Source: Mobula birostris (lineage: Eukaryota). Taken from it: DNA of 64,000 nucleotides. The stretch spans positions 17,429,629 to 17,493,628 of the forward strand of contig NC_092384.1 of the NCBI RefSeq assembly GCF_030028105.1, written 5' to 3'. A program made the translations under genes and the position numbers. Numbering within the stretch: position 1 is the first letter of the stretch; each line of letters begins with the position of its first letter. The notes beneath the pieces were generated by a model. The model made no database searches. It was not told the DNA's origin and worked only from the letters and a program-made list of their open reading frames with translations. Below are positions 11,273-23,953 of this stretch, piece after piece.

Positions 11273-13816
11273 CTGCGATAGAAATAGATTTAGGGTATTG
11301 GATGTTGATCACATAAAGAGAGAGCTTAGAGTTCAAACAGCAAGTTATTCAGTTTAATAATGACAGAGATTCAAGAGGGACTGCGATAAAATCTATAAAG
11401 GACGCATCGAGGAAGCCTCAGATGATTGATTGCAGTTCCGGGGCTCCATTTTAAATCCAATAAGCACGAGCAGTTGCGTTGCGGGAAATGCTGCTATTTT
11501 AAATATCTCCTACATTTCCACAAAGTAAAGGGGAGGCAATAGGATAGTTCATCGAGCAAAAAAAAAATAACACGTTAGCAAAAAATGGGTAAGCACGCAC
11601 CCATGTGTCTAACCTGATAGGGCATAAATTGTTATTCATTTATAAAATGACAGCATTGAATATCTCAAAAGCAACTTGGTTGGCGATGAAACTATACTGA
11701 GCTCCCATGGGCTTGCTACGAACGGAGTTAAGATTCTTATTACCATGTCAAACGCCTCGACATTTTGAGCAGTTATATTTCCGAATTGCCACGAAGCAAT
11801 GGGGATATTATGCTGCTTTCACAGAAGTTTGACAGCATTCTTAAATTTTATCTCCTGTCCTCTTAGATCTGAAATTATGTAGCTGTTTGGAACGTAAAGG
11901 TGTTCACTGGTAAAACATATTTTGTCTGTTGGATCTCACGGGATGTAATTGATGTCTGTTTGTTGAGGAGTTAGAGGAAATGGACATTGTGAACCTTATC
12001 CTACTGTGCATCTGGATGAATTTTAAGTGACTAGTCTAATAACAGATAACTTAGGTTTACGTTACAGGTAATTTGTAATGCCGAATACAAAAAAAAAAGT
12101 GTCTGCGGCAGAAAACACGATTTCTAGGAGGTAAGTTTTCCGTCGAGATTTCTGCCTTGATCTTTAGATACTCCTTTTTCTAGACGGATAAATCCTAATG
12201 ATGAATGTACTGTAATTACTTCCCCATGATCCATTCTCTATTTTCTATTGGTCGATTCTTCATGGTGTGTGAGAATGGAGCAGTCACTTGGACCGATTAC
12301 TGAGCACTTAAAAACAAGTTGGCTGATAAAAATTCCCCTCGTTTGGGTACGGTTGGGATTGTCCTGGTAGCTCTTAGGTAACAATTGAATAAGACTGCCG
12401 ATGCATTTTTAATCTCAAATGCTTCAGAGATAAGCCCTACATCTCTATGCTGTATTTTCACCAGCATAAATTTGTTAACTGGGGCGGAAAAGCACAGGAA
12501 AGTATAAGACACATTAGAAAGAAAGAAAACCGGGTGCCCATTCCACACACTCACCACTCCCTGTGTAAAAAACGTACCTCTGACCGACTTCGAAGTACTT
12601 TAAAAATGTGCCTTCTCGTGCTTGGCATTTCCGCCTTGGCATAAACCTTTTGTTCTTATATTTTTTAGCATTTAATTTATTTTATTTTATTTCAAATGCT
12701 TGAATACATGACAATCTCAGAAAAATCAAGATGTTTTTAAATGCTAAGCATAGCTCTGGTTAGGCCAAAGCATTGACTGCAAATCTAGCTTTCTAATTTG
12801 TGGAAAATGTTATGCCCCGGACGAGATAATCATTTATAATATCGCACCTTTAAATGCCTCTGCTTTCATTGCAAACTTATTCCGAAATGTTTTCAACAAA
12901 GTTCTTTTTGGATAAATATTTCAATTGCATGTTCATTATTCTTTAATGGCTAATAGGGAGCTCAATTGGAGTTAGTTGAACGCAAAATTAAAGCTACTGT
13001 TTGCTACAACTGACAGACCAAGGAAACACTCAGCAAGCCACGCAGCATCTGCCGAGAGAAATAGTGTGAACAATTCAAGTTGGTAATTTTTTACTAGTTC
13101 ATGAAGAGAAATGATTTGTATTTCCCCCTTTCTAAGAAGGTTCTCGATGTCTTCTGCTTAATTTTGGATTGCAAACATCTTTAATGCTGTTTTCCATTAA
13201 TTACTCTGCGTTACAATTAATGATCTAACGATATGAGCCAAATACAAAGCGAGATGACTTTACTTCTCCTTTCATTCGAGTCTTTAAAAGTATCGTTGAA
13301 AGCTTTAGAAAATGCAGCTCTCGACATTGGAACTTCATGTAATGTTGTCCACCTGTTCCTGTTCATTTGACGCTGTTTTTAATATAACAATGGACGAGTA
13401 CAGCACAGGAACGTGATCTTCGGCGAAGCTGCCTGTCGCAAACACGATGTGAAATTAAACTGAATCTCTACTAGCTGCGGTCCCTCATTTAAGTAATTAG
13501 ACAGGAGAAAGTTTTTCCCCTAAGATCTGTTTACAATATCATTTAATCTGCAAGTAATTGGTTCTCCATTCAATGCTCTTAGAGAATGACTCACACATAA
13601 ATATCAGCTATTTTACTGTTTTTAACAAATGTTTCGTATATTTATTTCCAGTGTGAACATAGCACAGAAACAGGAAGTATAGACGTTGCAGCATATTTTC
13701 GAAACATCTCGCTGACAGAAGCGAGATATCAAATATGTTGCTTAAATTAAACTTATGGACCTACGCTTAAAAGTCAAGTGTGATAACACGAGCTCTCTGG
13801 AACATGTAGGTTTTAC

Positions 13817-13848
13817 AGAAAAGAAACCTTTGACCACAGATTTTCCAT
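13817..13848 (-). CDS. Candidate first coding exon of the V-domain gene (MENLWSKVSF)
   Basis: ATG in ATCATGG context; phase-2 donor CT|gtaaaa matches the phase of the leader exon; a homologous sequence precedes an ATG and strong donor at 28.7 kb. Confidence 0.5.
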
Positions 13849-13994
13849 GATCTCACCAGCACGAGTGAAATTCTACTCTCAGGTAGCGTATTAGTTCCCG
13901 TAAACACAAGGTACAAATGCTCTCTTGGTAAACTGACAGATGATTTAAAATTCTATTCGGAACATATTTTTATAGAGAACTTGCAGAAGCTCGC

Positions 13995-14033
13995 ATGCAA
14001 ATATTCGCATTGGTGAATTATAAACAGGAAGTG
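13995..14033 (-). promoter_or_regulatory. Octamer (13995-14002) and ETS/PU.1-type site (14024-14033) upstream of the candidate ATG
   Basis: Plus strand reads ATGCAAAT (ATTTGCAT on the gene strand) and ACAGGAAGTG; a second ACAGGAAGTA is at 13670-13679. Confidence 0.45.
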
Positions 14034-14899
14034 AAAATATATCTGTCTTGAGAGGATATGAAACTTCGTCGGACTTGAATAAGGGAGCTGGCCTTTCAAG
14101 TGGACAGATAAAATAGGAAAGGAAAGCACAAGAATGTGCTCATTTCTTTCGATGTTAATTTAATTGCATGGATTTTTAATTCATGAATGTGGGTTTAGAA
14201 GTCCAGATACACAGTTCTGAGAAAAGAAGGGAAATTGAAGTGTTAATTCTGTTGATCTGCCTATAAATGCTAACCTGATTTGCTGGATATTCCGTGCATT
14301 CCATATTCAATAGTCCAGCAAGTTGGACCATTCGTCTTTTTTTTGTTATCTATTCTATTAGGCCGATTAATATTCCTTGAATATGTAATTTTATTCCGTT
14401 TCTTGTTCTATCATAATCCGTAAGGGTCCTGATCCTCCATAGGTGTAAATTATCCGCAATATGCCTCTGCCATTTGGAACAACTTTCAACTGCTGAGTCA
14501 GCTGACGTGAAAGGAGGGGTGGGGAGGTCAGGCTAGGTACAAATTCTAGAGGGTGATAAGCAGGAAGACATAGCCTACCAGTTCTGGAATCTAAAAAATA
14601 AAGGGGAGAGATAATTAGGACCATTAGAGCAGAGCTGAAAGGCAGCTGGAGCCAAGGGCCGGGGAAGACTTTGTCCAAAATATGTGTGTCGTGGATGGAT
14701 GGAACCACTGGGTAGCAAAGTTTTTCGAAAGTGTTGCCTCTTCAGATGTGGATGAGATAGCCTGCTTGAAGTTGAATACAAGAATAATAATACATTACCT
14801 GTATCAGGAAGAAAATAGGAGAAAAAAGGCATAAACTTCTGTTGAACATAATGCGTTTAGTTGTATATTGGTAATGACGCCTGGCAATAATTCAATTAA

Positions 14900-15800
14900 G
14901 CTAAAGTACTTTGTGAAGATTTTCAAATGTATTCAATGCCTGAGGCTTCTTGAATAAGTGCCCAACCATAATCCGGTAGTATTGATGGATTCCAGCTGCC
15001 TTGATACCACTTATTCTTGACGGCAATTTCCTTTTCAATCCGTTCACCATGCTCATTATGAACAGCACCAAGATCTGCATAGAAGAAGTCTAAATGGGAA
15101 TGCAGAAATTCTTACTGATATGCTACACTTCATGGTTTTGAATGTTTGAATTATATTGTCAAGAAGCTGCACGTAGTTTGATGCTCCGTAGTTGCTAATA
15201 AATTTTTTCTACGACATCCTTGAATGCCCTCCATGGCATTTTCTCCGGTCCGACTAGACATCCTTCGAATGGACAGCCATTGATGACCTGTTTGATATGC
15301 GGACCAACAGAAAATGCCTTCCTTAATTTTGGAATCAGCTATTCTGGGAAACATCTCTCTGAAATATCGAAAACAGTCACGGAAATTCTTGTGCCTGGAG
15401 ACAGCAGATGTCATCAGTCTAGTCTTGGATCCAGTAATTCTGCTTTTGCCTTTGAGTTAGAGTTGGAGATTAATGGGTGGATACAGGTAAGGAAGGGATT
15501 AGCATCACTCTGCGAAATCACTATGATCTTCCCTCTGCATACTCACAAATAACCTCCATGTTTAATCAGACTAAACTCTTCGCTCACGATCATGGCTGGT
15601 CCAATCAGAATCTCAGATTCTGCTTTCTTTTTCGTCCGCAACTCACATCGGTATCAATCAGCTTTACTTTGTCCCTATTCGGTTGTTTTCTAAAATTCTC
15701 CAGAAAACTACTGATATAATTTAGGCCATATAATCTAAAAGGCTGGAAAAACTGAAGACAATCTTATTTGAAATCTCGTTCTGACAGAGCGTGAATTAGG
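14900..15800 (-). mobile_element. Internally deleted DNA transposon transposase relic, probably Sola2-type
   Basis: Minus-strand fragments AKAELLDPRL, IADSKIKEGIF, FLHSHLDFF.ADLGAVHNEHGERI and WYQGSWNPSILPDY match a widespread transposase family. The Sola2 label is from memory; TIRs were not identified. Confidence 0.65.
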
Positions 15801-15974
15801 ATTCAGCTCATGATCTAACGAATCGTAGGAATACTGGTGTCCACGGCTGAGGTACAGCGCTGTCGAACACTGGAATAGATCCAGCAAATCATAGCTGCCA
15901 TCCATGATTTAATATGAGAGAGATATATTCTCTCTAATCTCGTTTAGCCTAACTGAGGAATTCATGAAGACTTC

Positions 15975-16810
15975 ATGACACGAAGGTTGGGGGTGTTGTG
16001 GATAGTGTAGAGGGCTGTCAGAGGTTACAGCGGAACATCGATAGGATGCAAAACTCGGCTTAGAAGTGGCAGATGGAGTTCAGCCTAGATAAGTGTGAGG
16101 TGGTTCATTTTGCTAGGTCATACATATAGTATTAAAGGTAGGACTCCTGGCAGTGTGGATTCTCAACGCAATCAAGGGGTCCGTGTCCATAGAATACTCA
16201 AAGCTGCTTCGCAGATTGATTCTGCGGTTAAGAACGCATGCGGTGCATTGATTTCCATCAACCGTGGCATTGAGTTTAAGAGCCGAGATGGAATGTTACA
16301 AATTTATAGTACCCTTGTCAGACCTCAGTTGGAGTTCTGTGCTCAGCTCTAGTCGCCTCACTACAGGAAGGATTTGGGAACTATCGAAACGGTGCAGAGG
16401 AAATTTACAAGAATGTTGCCAGGATTGAGGAACATGCCTTATAAGAACAGGTTGAGTGGATTTGGCCTTTTTTCCTTGGAGCGACGGAGGCTGAGAGGTC
16501 ACCTGAAAGAGGTGAATAAGATGATGAGATGCATTGATCGTGTAGATAGTCAAAGGTTTTTTATTTTTCTCTCCCAGGGCTGAAATGGCGAGCACAAGAG
16601 AACACAATTTTATGATGCTTGGAAGTAGTTACAGACGAGATGTCAGGTGTATGTTTTTAACGCAGAGAGTGGTGAGTGCATGGAATGGGCAGTGGTGGAG
16701 GGGGATACAATAGGACGCTCCTGGATAGATACATGGAGCTTAGAAGATTAGAGGGCTATAGGTAATCCACGTAAGTACATGTTCGGCACAGCATTGTTTC
16801 TGTGTTACTA
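15975..16810 (+). mobile_element. Degenerate CR1 RT 3' fragment
   Basis: LVRPQLEFCAQL, QRKFTRMLPGL and LFSLERRRLRG motifs. Confidence 0.85.
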
Positions 16811-16839
16811 TGTTTTAGCTTCAATGCCCCCGTGAGCAA

Positions 16840-17770
16840 TAGATTCAGCGATTTCCTCACTTGTAGACCGCAGTGATTACAGACCGTCAACAACATCTCC
16901 TCCACAAGCACCATCAGCGGAAGTGCACCACAAAGCTAATCACTATCCTGCTCTGATCGATTTACACCTATAACTGTGTGGCTAAGCACAGATCCAAAGC
17001 ATATTTAAGTTTTCTGAGGACACCACTGTCGTGGGCCGAACTAGAGCTGGAGACCAATTAGTAAATAATATGTGGATTGAAAATCTGACTGCGTGGTGCC
17101 ACAGTTATTCAATGACAGCAAGAGGAACGAGCAGAATATTCACTTCAGGAGGAAGAAATCGGATTTCCTTGAGCCAGTGCTCGTCGGGGAATCAGAGCTA
17201 GAGAGAGTTAGCTAATTCTAGTCACTCAATGTTATCATTTCAGAGGACCTGTCCTAATTACGATGATATCATGAAAGCGCATCTACTTCTATATGAATGT
17301 GTGAAGAAATAGTATGACACCTATTACTTTAACTAACTGTTGTAGATGTGCAGTGCAGCTTAGCTTGAAACGCCTGTGCCCTAGAATGGAATAACTTTAA
17401 AATGTGGTGGATACGGTCCAGTCCAACACAGATAAAGTCCTCCTCAGCAGTGAGGCCATCTACATGCAGAGATATCGCTAACAGCAACATCCATCATCAA
17501 GGACCCCCACCGGCCGGGTCATGCTTTCTTCTCGATACTACTCTCAGAAAAAAAAAAAGTACAGGAGACCCTGGACTCATACCAGCAGATTCAGGAAAAG
17601 TTATCACCGCTCAGCAATCAAGCTTCTGAACCAGAGAGATAAACTGCGCCGAATTTCACATGTTCCATCACTAAGCTGTTCCCATAACCTATGTAATCAC
17701 TTTCTAGGACTCTTCTTTTCATGTTCTCGATTGTTATAGCTGATATATTATTATTATTATTATCATTATT
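16840..17770 (+). mobile_element. Degenerate Rex1/Babar- or L2-type LINE RT fragment
   Basis: Remnants of GAPQG, YTYNCVAKH and FKFSEDTTVVG, plus the 3' ACCAGCAGATTCAGGAAAAGTTAT region. Confidence 0.7.
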
Positions 17771-18009
17771 ACCTTTTATTATATTTTTCTCATCAAGCTG
17801 GTGAAACCTGAGGTATGGCTGTAGCGAAATACTCAGTTCTCAAATGTTAGGAAAATCCGGACGATCCCAGTGATGTTCAGTATTGTGTTTTCTGAAGATC
17901 TACATAAATTTCATAAAGATTTTAAAAGTTGAGGAGGAGATGATGGCTGCGCGACGCTGAGAGCGCGGCAATTCCGGTGATGAATATCTGTTATTTGTCA
18001 AGTAGCATA

Positions 18010-18600
18010 CCGTGCACAATTCTGATTTGATGGAGGCAGACGTGAGAGCACGGAGGAACATCTGATGAAACTTCTGAAATGCCTGTTTCGCTGCCACCGC
18101 AAATGTGTGATCCGAAATCTCGGGAGGGGAAGGCCCCGAATCCTCGGCTCTGCTTGTTGCTCGGTGGCTGGGGCGGGGTCGAAGCGCTCGGCAGAGCTAG
18201 TGCTCGGTGCTCGGTGTCGGAGGACTGGTCGGAGGCTCGAAGTTTTCGGACAGACTCAGAATTGGACTGTAGTCGGGTGCTTCCAGGATGCTGCATCGGC
18301 AAGTTTGCGGCGCTAGAGGCTCATGGCAAGGAGATTTTCTCCCTTCTACCGTCGGCGTGAGATGTTGGGGCTATCGGGACTTTGAGACTTTTTTTTTACT
18401 GTGCCCATGGTCTGCTCTTATCGTATTACGGTATTGCTTTGTACTGTTGTAACAATATGTTATAATTATGTGTTTTTTGTCACTTTTAGTCTTGGTCTGT
18501 ACTGTATTTCTGTGATATCAAACTGGAGGAACATTGTATCATTTTTAATGCATGCATTTCTAAATGACAATAAACGAGGACTGAGTGCCCTCATATTCTA
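18010..18600 (+). repeat. Unclassified interspersed repeat
   Basis: GC-rich 5' part (GACGTGAGAGCACGGAGGAACATCTG) and AT-rich tail ending GACAATAAACGAGGACTGAGTG; retroposon-like layout. Confidence 0.45.
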
Positions 18601-19559
18601 ACCTAAATTTTCCTGTATAATTCTATTTTTGATGATACTGTATAATGACCATGGGATGATACCAGTTGTAGATATTGCTATTCAGACAGTATATCCGGTT
18701 TATATTCCATAGTCTTTCAATTTCCTTTTTTAATGTAACATATTTCTGGTCTTTTTCACTTATTGGCTTCTGTATGTTGTGCATGCTTGGAATGGCTATT
18801 TCTATTGAGGAAGTTGTCCTCGGTTACTCATCCTGTAATCTATCCGCACAGTTATTACAGATTGTCCTATCTCTAATGCTTTTGTCTTTGCAACTCTACA
18901 AATTTTTCTATGATATTACACAGTGTGAAGGTCTAGTCAACAGAGCCTCTGTTTCTTCTGAAGTCTCCTTGCTCTTTCCTCAAGCACACATCTCCAACAT
19001 CTGAATCTCAATTTACACAACAGTCAGATAAATCTTCGAAGGATATATTATCTGTAATAACGGATCAGTCATAATATCATTCGTGTGATTCTGACTCTAA
19101 AACTGGACCAAGCTTGTGCTTACAGTGAGATATGATTTATTTCACCATGTTGTATTTTAAAGGAAGATTTTCGTGAATAGTGTTTGCTATTTTATTGTGC
19201 ATGTGCAAGTAATCAGATTGAGTTAAACTGCTGCAAGATCCTGTAATTTGTTCGATTGTTTCTGTTTCTTTTTCTCGTGAAATGTTCGATAATTATCATC
19301 TTGAATTTGTTGGTTTTTAATATATTTTTGCTAATTGCTGCTGTGTTAACCACCACGTCGTGCATGTTATATGAATATGAATACTAAAGATTCCAGGGCC
19401 ATGACACGTGTATATCCTGATGCTTGATTCGTAGAAGGCTACTAGGAACCTGTGTCAATAAAGTTACTAAAGGTCCAGATGCGATATCTGGAAAGCAGAC
19501 TGTAAACAAACTGTGCAAATGCAGATCTAAATAAGTAGCAATAAATAACGAATATGAAA

Positions 19560-20450
19560 CAACAATCTAGCAGAGCCCTTAAATAAGTGTAGATATCCCC
19601 TTTGTTAAAGAGCCTAATGGTTGAGGGGTACTAACTGTTCTTGAACCTGGTTGTATGAGTCCTGAGACATCTGTACTTTCATCATGATGGCAGCAGTGAG
19701 CAGACAGCATGGCCAGGGTGGTGAGGATCTTTGCTGATGGATGCTGCTTTTCTGTGGCAAAGTTTCATGTAGATGTACTCAATGGTCAGGATTGTTTTAC
19801 TTTGATGTACCGGACCCAATCCACCACTTTTGCAGGATTTTCTGCTGAAATCCGCTTCAGGCTTTTCCTTACCAGGTTGGAATACAGCCAGTCAGCAGAC
19901 ATTCCACCAAACAGCTACAGATGTTTGCCAAGGTTTTCGATGACATGCCGAACCTCTTTAGGAAGTAGAGTCGCTGGCGTGCTTTCTTCGTTATAATATT
20001 TATGTAATGAGTCCAGGGCAGATCCTTTGAGACAGTGAAACCGAGGACCTCAAAGTAACTGACCCTATCCAGCTCTGATCCTCCATTGATTACTGTCTCT
20101 GGACCTCCAGTTTCCCTTTCCTGATGTTTAAAATCAATTTCTTGGTCGTATTGACATTGAGTGAGAGATTGTTGTTATTACATCACTCAGCCAAGTTTTC
20201 AATATCCCTCCTGTATTCTGATTCATCATCACTTTTGATAAAGCCTCCAACAGTGGTGTCGTCAGCAAACTTGTATATGGTGTTGGGGCGTACTTAGCTA
20301 CACATATATAGCCGTAAAGCGAGTGGGAGCAGAGGGCTGTTTCGCATCTCTGCGGTGCTCCAGTGCTGATGGACACTGTAGAGGAGATGTTTTTGTCATC
20401 CGAACTAACCCTAATGCTAGCGTTTACAAGTGAGGAAATCCAAGATGCAA
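19560..20450 (-). mobile_element. Degenerate Rex1/L2-type LINE RT fragment
   Basis: Minus ORF 20134-20733 contains ISTGAPQRC..HSLY..CVAKY; reverse of KFADDTTVGG at about 20245-20275. Confidence 0.75.
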
Positions 20451-20589
20451 TTGCACAAAGACGTCTTATGGGCCAGTTTTTGGAGTTTACTGTTTGGTTT
20501 TGCGGGGATGATGGTGCTAAATGCCGAGCTGTAATATAAGTCTCTGGAAAATAAATATAAAGAAGGGAGGTAAGACTGTAGATGAATAG

Positions 20590-21050
20590 ACCCGGGATTT
20601 TAACTCTGGTGGACCGAGCACAGTATTTCTGTCGTAGTTCACAGTATTTTGCTCTCTTATCAGGAAGGAAATACAGCAGCTTTAGGTCCCAGGCTTTAGG
20701 TCCCAGACTACAAGGAACAATAATTACCTTCAACCATCAGGCTTCTCAAACAACGTGGATAATTTCACTCTTCTCAACTTAACTGATTCAACAAAGGGTG
20801 GACTTGCTTTCAATTACCTTCCAACTCATGTTCTTAGAATATTTCCTTAGCTAATTATTTATGATTGTTACAATATTTTGTATTTGCATAAGTTGTCTTC
20901 TTTTGCACATTGGTTGTTCGTTAGTCTTTTTATGCAATTTTTCATTGATTTGATTGTATTTCTTTGTTGTGTCGTGAATGCCCGCAAGAAAATGAGTCTC
21001 GGCGTAATAAATGGTGACAGAAACGTACTTTGATATTAAGTTTACTTTGT
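20590..21050 (+). repeat. LINE-derived 3' tail fragments
   Basis: GGAACAATAATTACCTTCAACCATCAGGCTT and GAATGCCCGCAAGAAAATGA...ACGTACTTTGATATTAA tail motifs. Confidence 0.5.
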
Positions 21051-21157
21051 CTGCTGAAATTTATTTTGAGGAATGGTTCAAATACACTGGAATCTGTTCT
21101 GCGTGATGGTATATAAGAAGGATCTGTAGATGGGCGAGTAGTCAGTTAAGGCATGTT

Positions 21158-22013
21158 GATATCAATTAACCTCCTCTGGCACCACAATCATTCCAAGTCA
21201 AAATGACTAAAATCGTATTTCTTTCCCCATTCTAATGTTTGGTCAGCTATATTTGCAACCGCTGAAGTTTAGAAAAGGCATAGTGAGATCGGTTGATGTC
21301 TATTTGATCTTGAGGGCTCTACAGTGTGTAGCTATAAAAGGCTTATAAGCCCATGTGAGGAAAAATAAATTACTCTCAGTGTTTCTAGTCTTAGGATCCA
21401 TCATCCTGAAACAAAACATTCAAAGCCATATTTTTGTGGTATTTTAAGGTACGCAATAAAATCTGCTCAAGAAGCAAGAGTCGAAAGTTACGGTGAGTGG
21501 GCGGGTTGGAGATTTGATGTTACCGTCAGATCAGTCACAGTTTTATTGAATGGCAAAATATGTTCGATTTGCCAAGTGCCCTACTTTTGCTCCAGCTGGA
21601 ATGTACGTATGTTGTTTTCCTGGTAACCTGTACAGTTAAAGTTCCAGATATGTTCTTTCAAATCTTCATCTTCGTGGAAGGTAAAATCCCTTCCCTTCTG
21701 AACCAACTCCAACATCTCACTGCAGCAGTCATATTGAGCAGCCCCTAATTTTGCCTCAAAGCCAAAACTGCATGTTATTCTGTTGCCGGCATCGTTCGAA
21801 TGATTAGACATTTACTGATTGGCTATTTTATAAGGTTAATGCAAATATCTAGTCAGGCATATATGTAGCAGCAAAGCAATGCATAAAAACATACAGGCAT
21901 GGCCAAAAAAGTACAGTTGTTGTTCTGACCAAACATTAGAATGGGGAAAGAAATACGATTTTAGTCATTTTGACTTGGAATTATTGTGGTGCCAGAGGAG
22001 GTTAATTGATATC
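21158..22013. repeat. 89-bp inverted repeat pair (21158-21246 / 21925-22013)
   Basis: Arms are reverse complements with one mismatch by direct comparison; spacer 678 bp. Confidence 0.92.
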
Positions 22014-22272
22014 TCAGAAACTGTTGATCGGCTGGAAACAGTCTCTAAAGATTAAAAAAAATGGTGCCAAAAATAAATCCGAAAAAACATCAAGTGAGTG
22101 ACAGTCTGTAAGCGAAAACTTATTGATAATGAGAGAGATCAGAGGAGAGTGACTCGACTGGTTCAAGATGACAGGAAGGAGACAGTAAACACATGTTAGA
22201 ACAATGGTGTGCAAAAGAGTATCTCTGAAAGAGCACGAACATACAACAATACACTCAGTGGCCACTTTATTA
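21835..22272 (+). mobile_element. Degenerate non-autonomous Tc1-derived element
   Basis: GACCAAACATTAGAATGGGG ... GGTGCCAGA ... CAGAGGAGAGTGACTCGACTGGTTCAAG ... CACTCAGTGGCCACTTTATTAG. A related end (TAATAAAATGGCCACTGTGTG) is at about 43670-43690. Confidence 0.65.
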
Positions 22273-22619
22273 GATATTTTATGTGGTTAATAAATTTAAT
22301 GCGACTATTGTGTCTGTGGATATGAATTTATTTTCTGTACTGATGGCAGTTAATCACAATGTTAGGCAGACTTCACCGAGGGAACGCATTTCCTACGCGT
22401 GCTATTGACTTACTATTGGTCAGCAGGTAAATAAAGGCTATTTATTTTTAACATGATGGTTATGAACAACTTACCTTCGCTTTCCATTCCTAGATTAGGA
22501 ATCGTGGTCCTTGATTTTATTTTAAGAACACGTGGGCAATTTATTTGTAATAATGGAACCAGGGATGCCACTTGAATTTTCCCGCTCCATTACAGCATGT
22601 GCCGATTATTCAAGGACAG

Positions 22620-23450
22620 TGCATGTTTCTCACATTTTGGTTTTCTCGATTTTGTTCTTCAGTTTGTGCTACCGTAGTGCAGTTAGTAGCAAAACCGCAC
22701 TAACGGTGACTGCTTTGTCTGAATCTTCGGAAAGAGCGCTACTTCTACCCTTTTTTTCCTTCTTTTCAGGGGACCCTGAACTGGAGTTACACGTGGACTT
22801 CGGTCCTCTGCGGAAATGGAACTTTGTCTCAGGGCCTAAGGAGCGTCCGCTTTTAGATATTGCAAGGACGCGGCATGGAAAAGGGTTAATTTGGAGACGA
22901 GTTAATTCGAGGCCGGTGCCACATCCTGATGGGAGTACACGGAAGATGGAAAGCAGCGAATTGACTGCTGGCTGTGTGCCCAGAGACCCGGGTTCTTTGG
23001 GCACAGAGCTCGGAAAAGAGTGAAGTAATGGAATTTTGACACAATGAATCGACGAGTTGTTTTGTTATGTCTCCCCTCTCACTGTGAAACGGGGACATCA
23101 ATTTTTTCCCTTATTAGGAGGAGAGAAAGAGCTGTGGCTGTGGAAAACCGGGTGAATGAGTACTTTTTGGGAGTCAAGTCTGCCTTTCTTGATGCTTTGC
23201 TGCAAGCTTGAGTGCTCGGTTGTGGATGCAGATGCTCTTTTGCTGGTGTGTGGGGGTGGTCTTTGCTTTGCTAATGCTTATGCGTGGGAGGAATGAGCTG
23301 GGGGGCGGGCTTTGGGTTTTTAACATTTAACTGTCAGTTATTCTTTGGGGCATTCCTCTGTTTTAGTGAATGTTTGTGAAGAAATAGAATTTCAGGATGT
23401 ATATTGTATACATTTCTCTGACATTAAATGTACCATTTAAAACCTATTGA
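22620..23450 (+). repeat. Unclassified interspersed repeat, related to 42185-43040
   Basis: The two regions share GAGTTGTTT-GTTAT-TCT-CCC-T-TCGCTG and the tail GAAGAA..GAA-TTCAGGA-GT-TAT. ORFs 22532-23023 and 22669-23004 lie within it. Confidence 0.55.
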
Positions 23451-23896
23451 AATAAAATGGTTCCGATATATTTGAAAAGTATAGCTCCTTAATTAACTGC
23501 AAAGAAATTACTTCAAAATCTGAATTAGTTGCTGACATGACAGCAAATAATGTTGTCATCATTACGAGATAAGTTAAGTGAAGAGAACGTCGCGTAATTT
23601 AGACACCATGACAACGGCGATAACGTTCACATTTGTAACAATGTAAATGGGCGAAACAAAGTGTTGCTCTTCTCTCTGAGTAGGCTGGCATTTTTGTTCG
23701 CATTTTCAACACTAAAAGCAGTCAATTATTCTTTGGTTGGAGGCACTTCCGCCTAACGGTCGGCTCAAGGAAGGTGTAAAGGACACTTCAAAATTCACCA
23801 TTGTGTCTCCTAAACCCAACTACGTTTAAATCAAACTAACAATATATTGGACCTATATTTAGTCATAGCTTTCGTTGCGGAGGTTTGCTTCGATTG

Positions 23897-23953
23897 TCAG
23901 CTTCTCGTCTTCTTTAAAGTACGTACATCTGCGTACGTTGCACATTCCTGTTT
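23897..23953 (-). CDS. Candidate terminal exon with an ITIM-like motif (KQECATYADVRTLKKTRS*)
   Basis: Acceptor ctgcatttattcag, phase 0, TYADV near the stop. This is a short sequence and a chance match is possible. Confidence 0.4.
   Translation of the reverse strand, partial: KQECATYADVRTLKKTRS

Noticed and set aside
12297-12557. Minus ORF with acceptor ccgccccag at about 12480
   Set aside because: No recognisable domain or suitable donor; it lies in the predicted first intron.
21166-22005. piggyBac-like MITE (TTAA CC...GG TTAA)
   Set aside because: The inverted symmetry extends 8 bp beyond TTAA and the right arm is internal to a longer Tc1-derived relic; an inverted duplication fits better.
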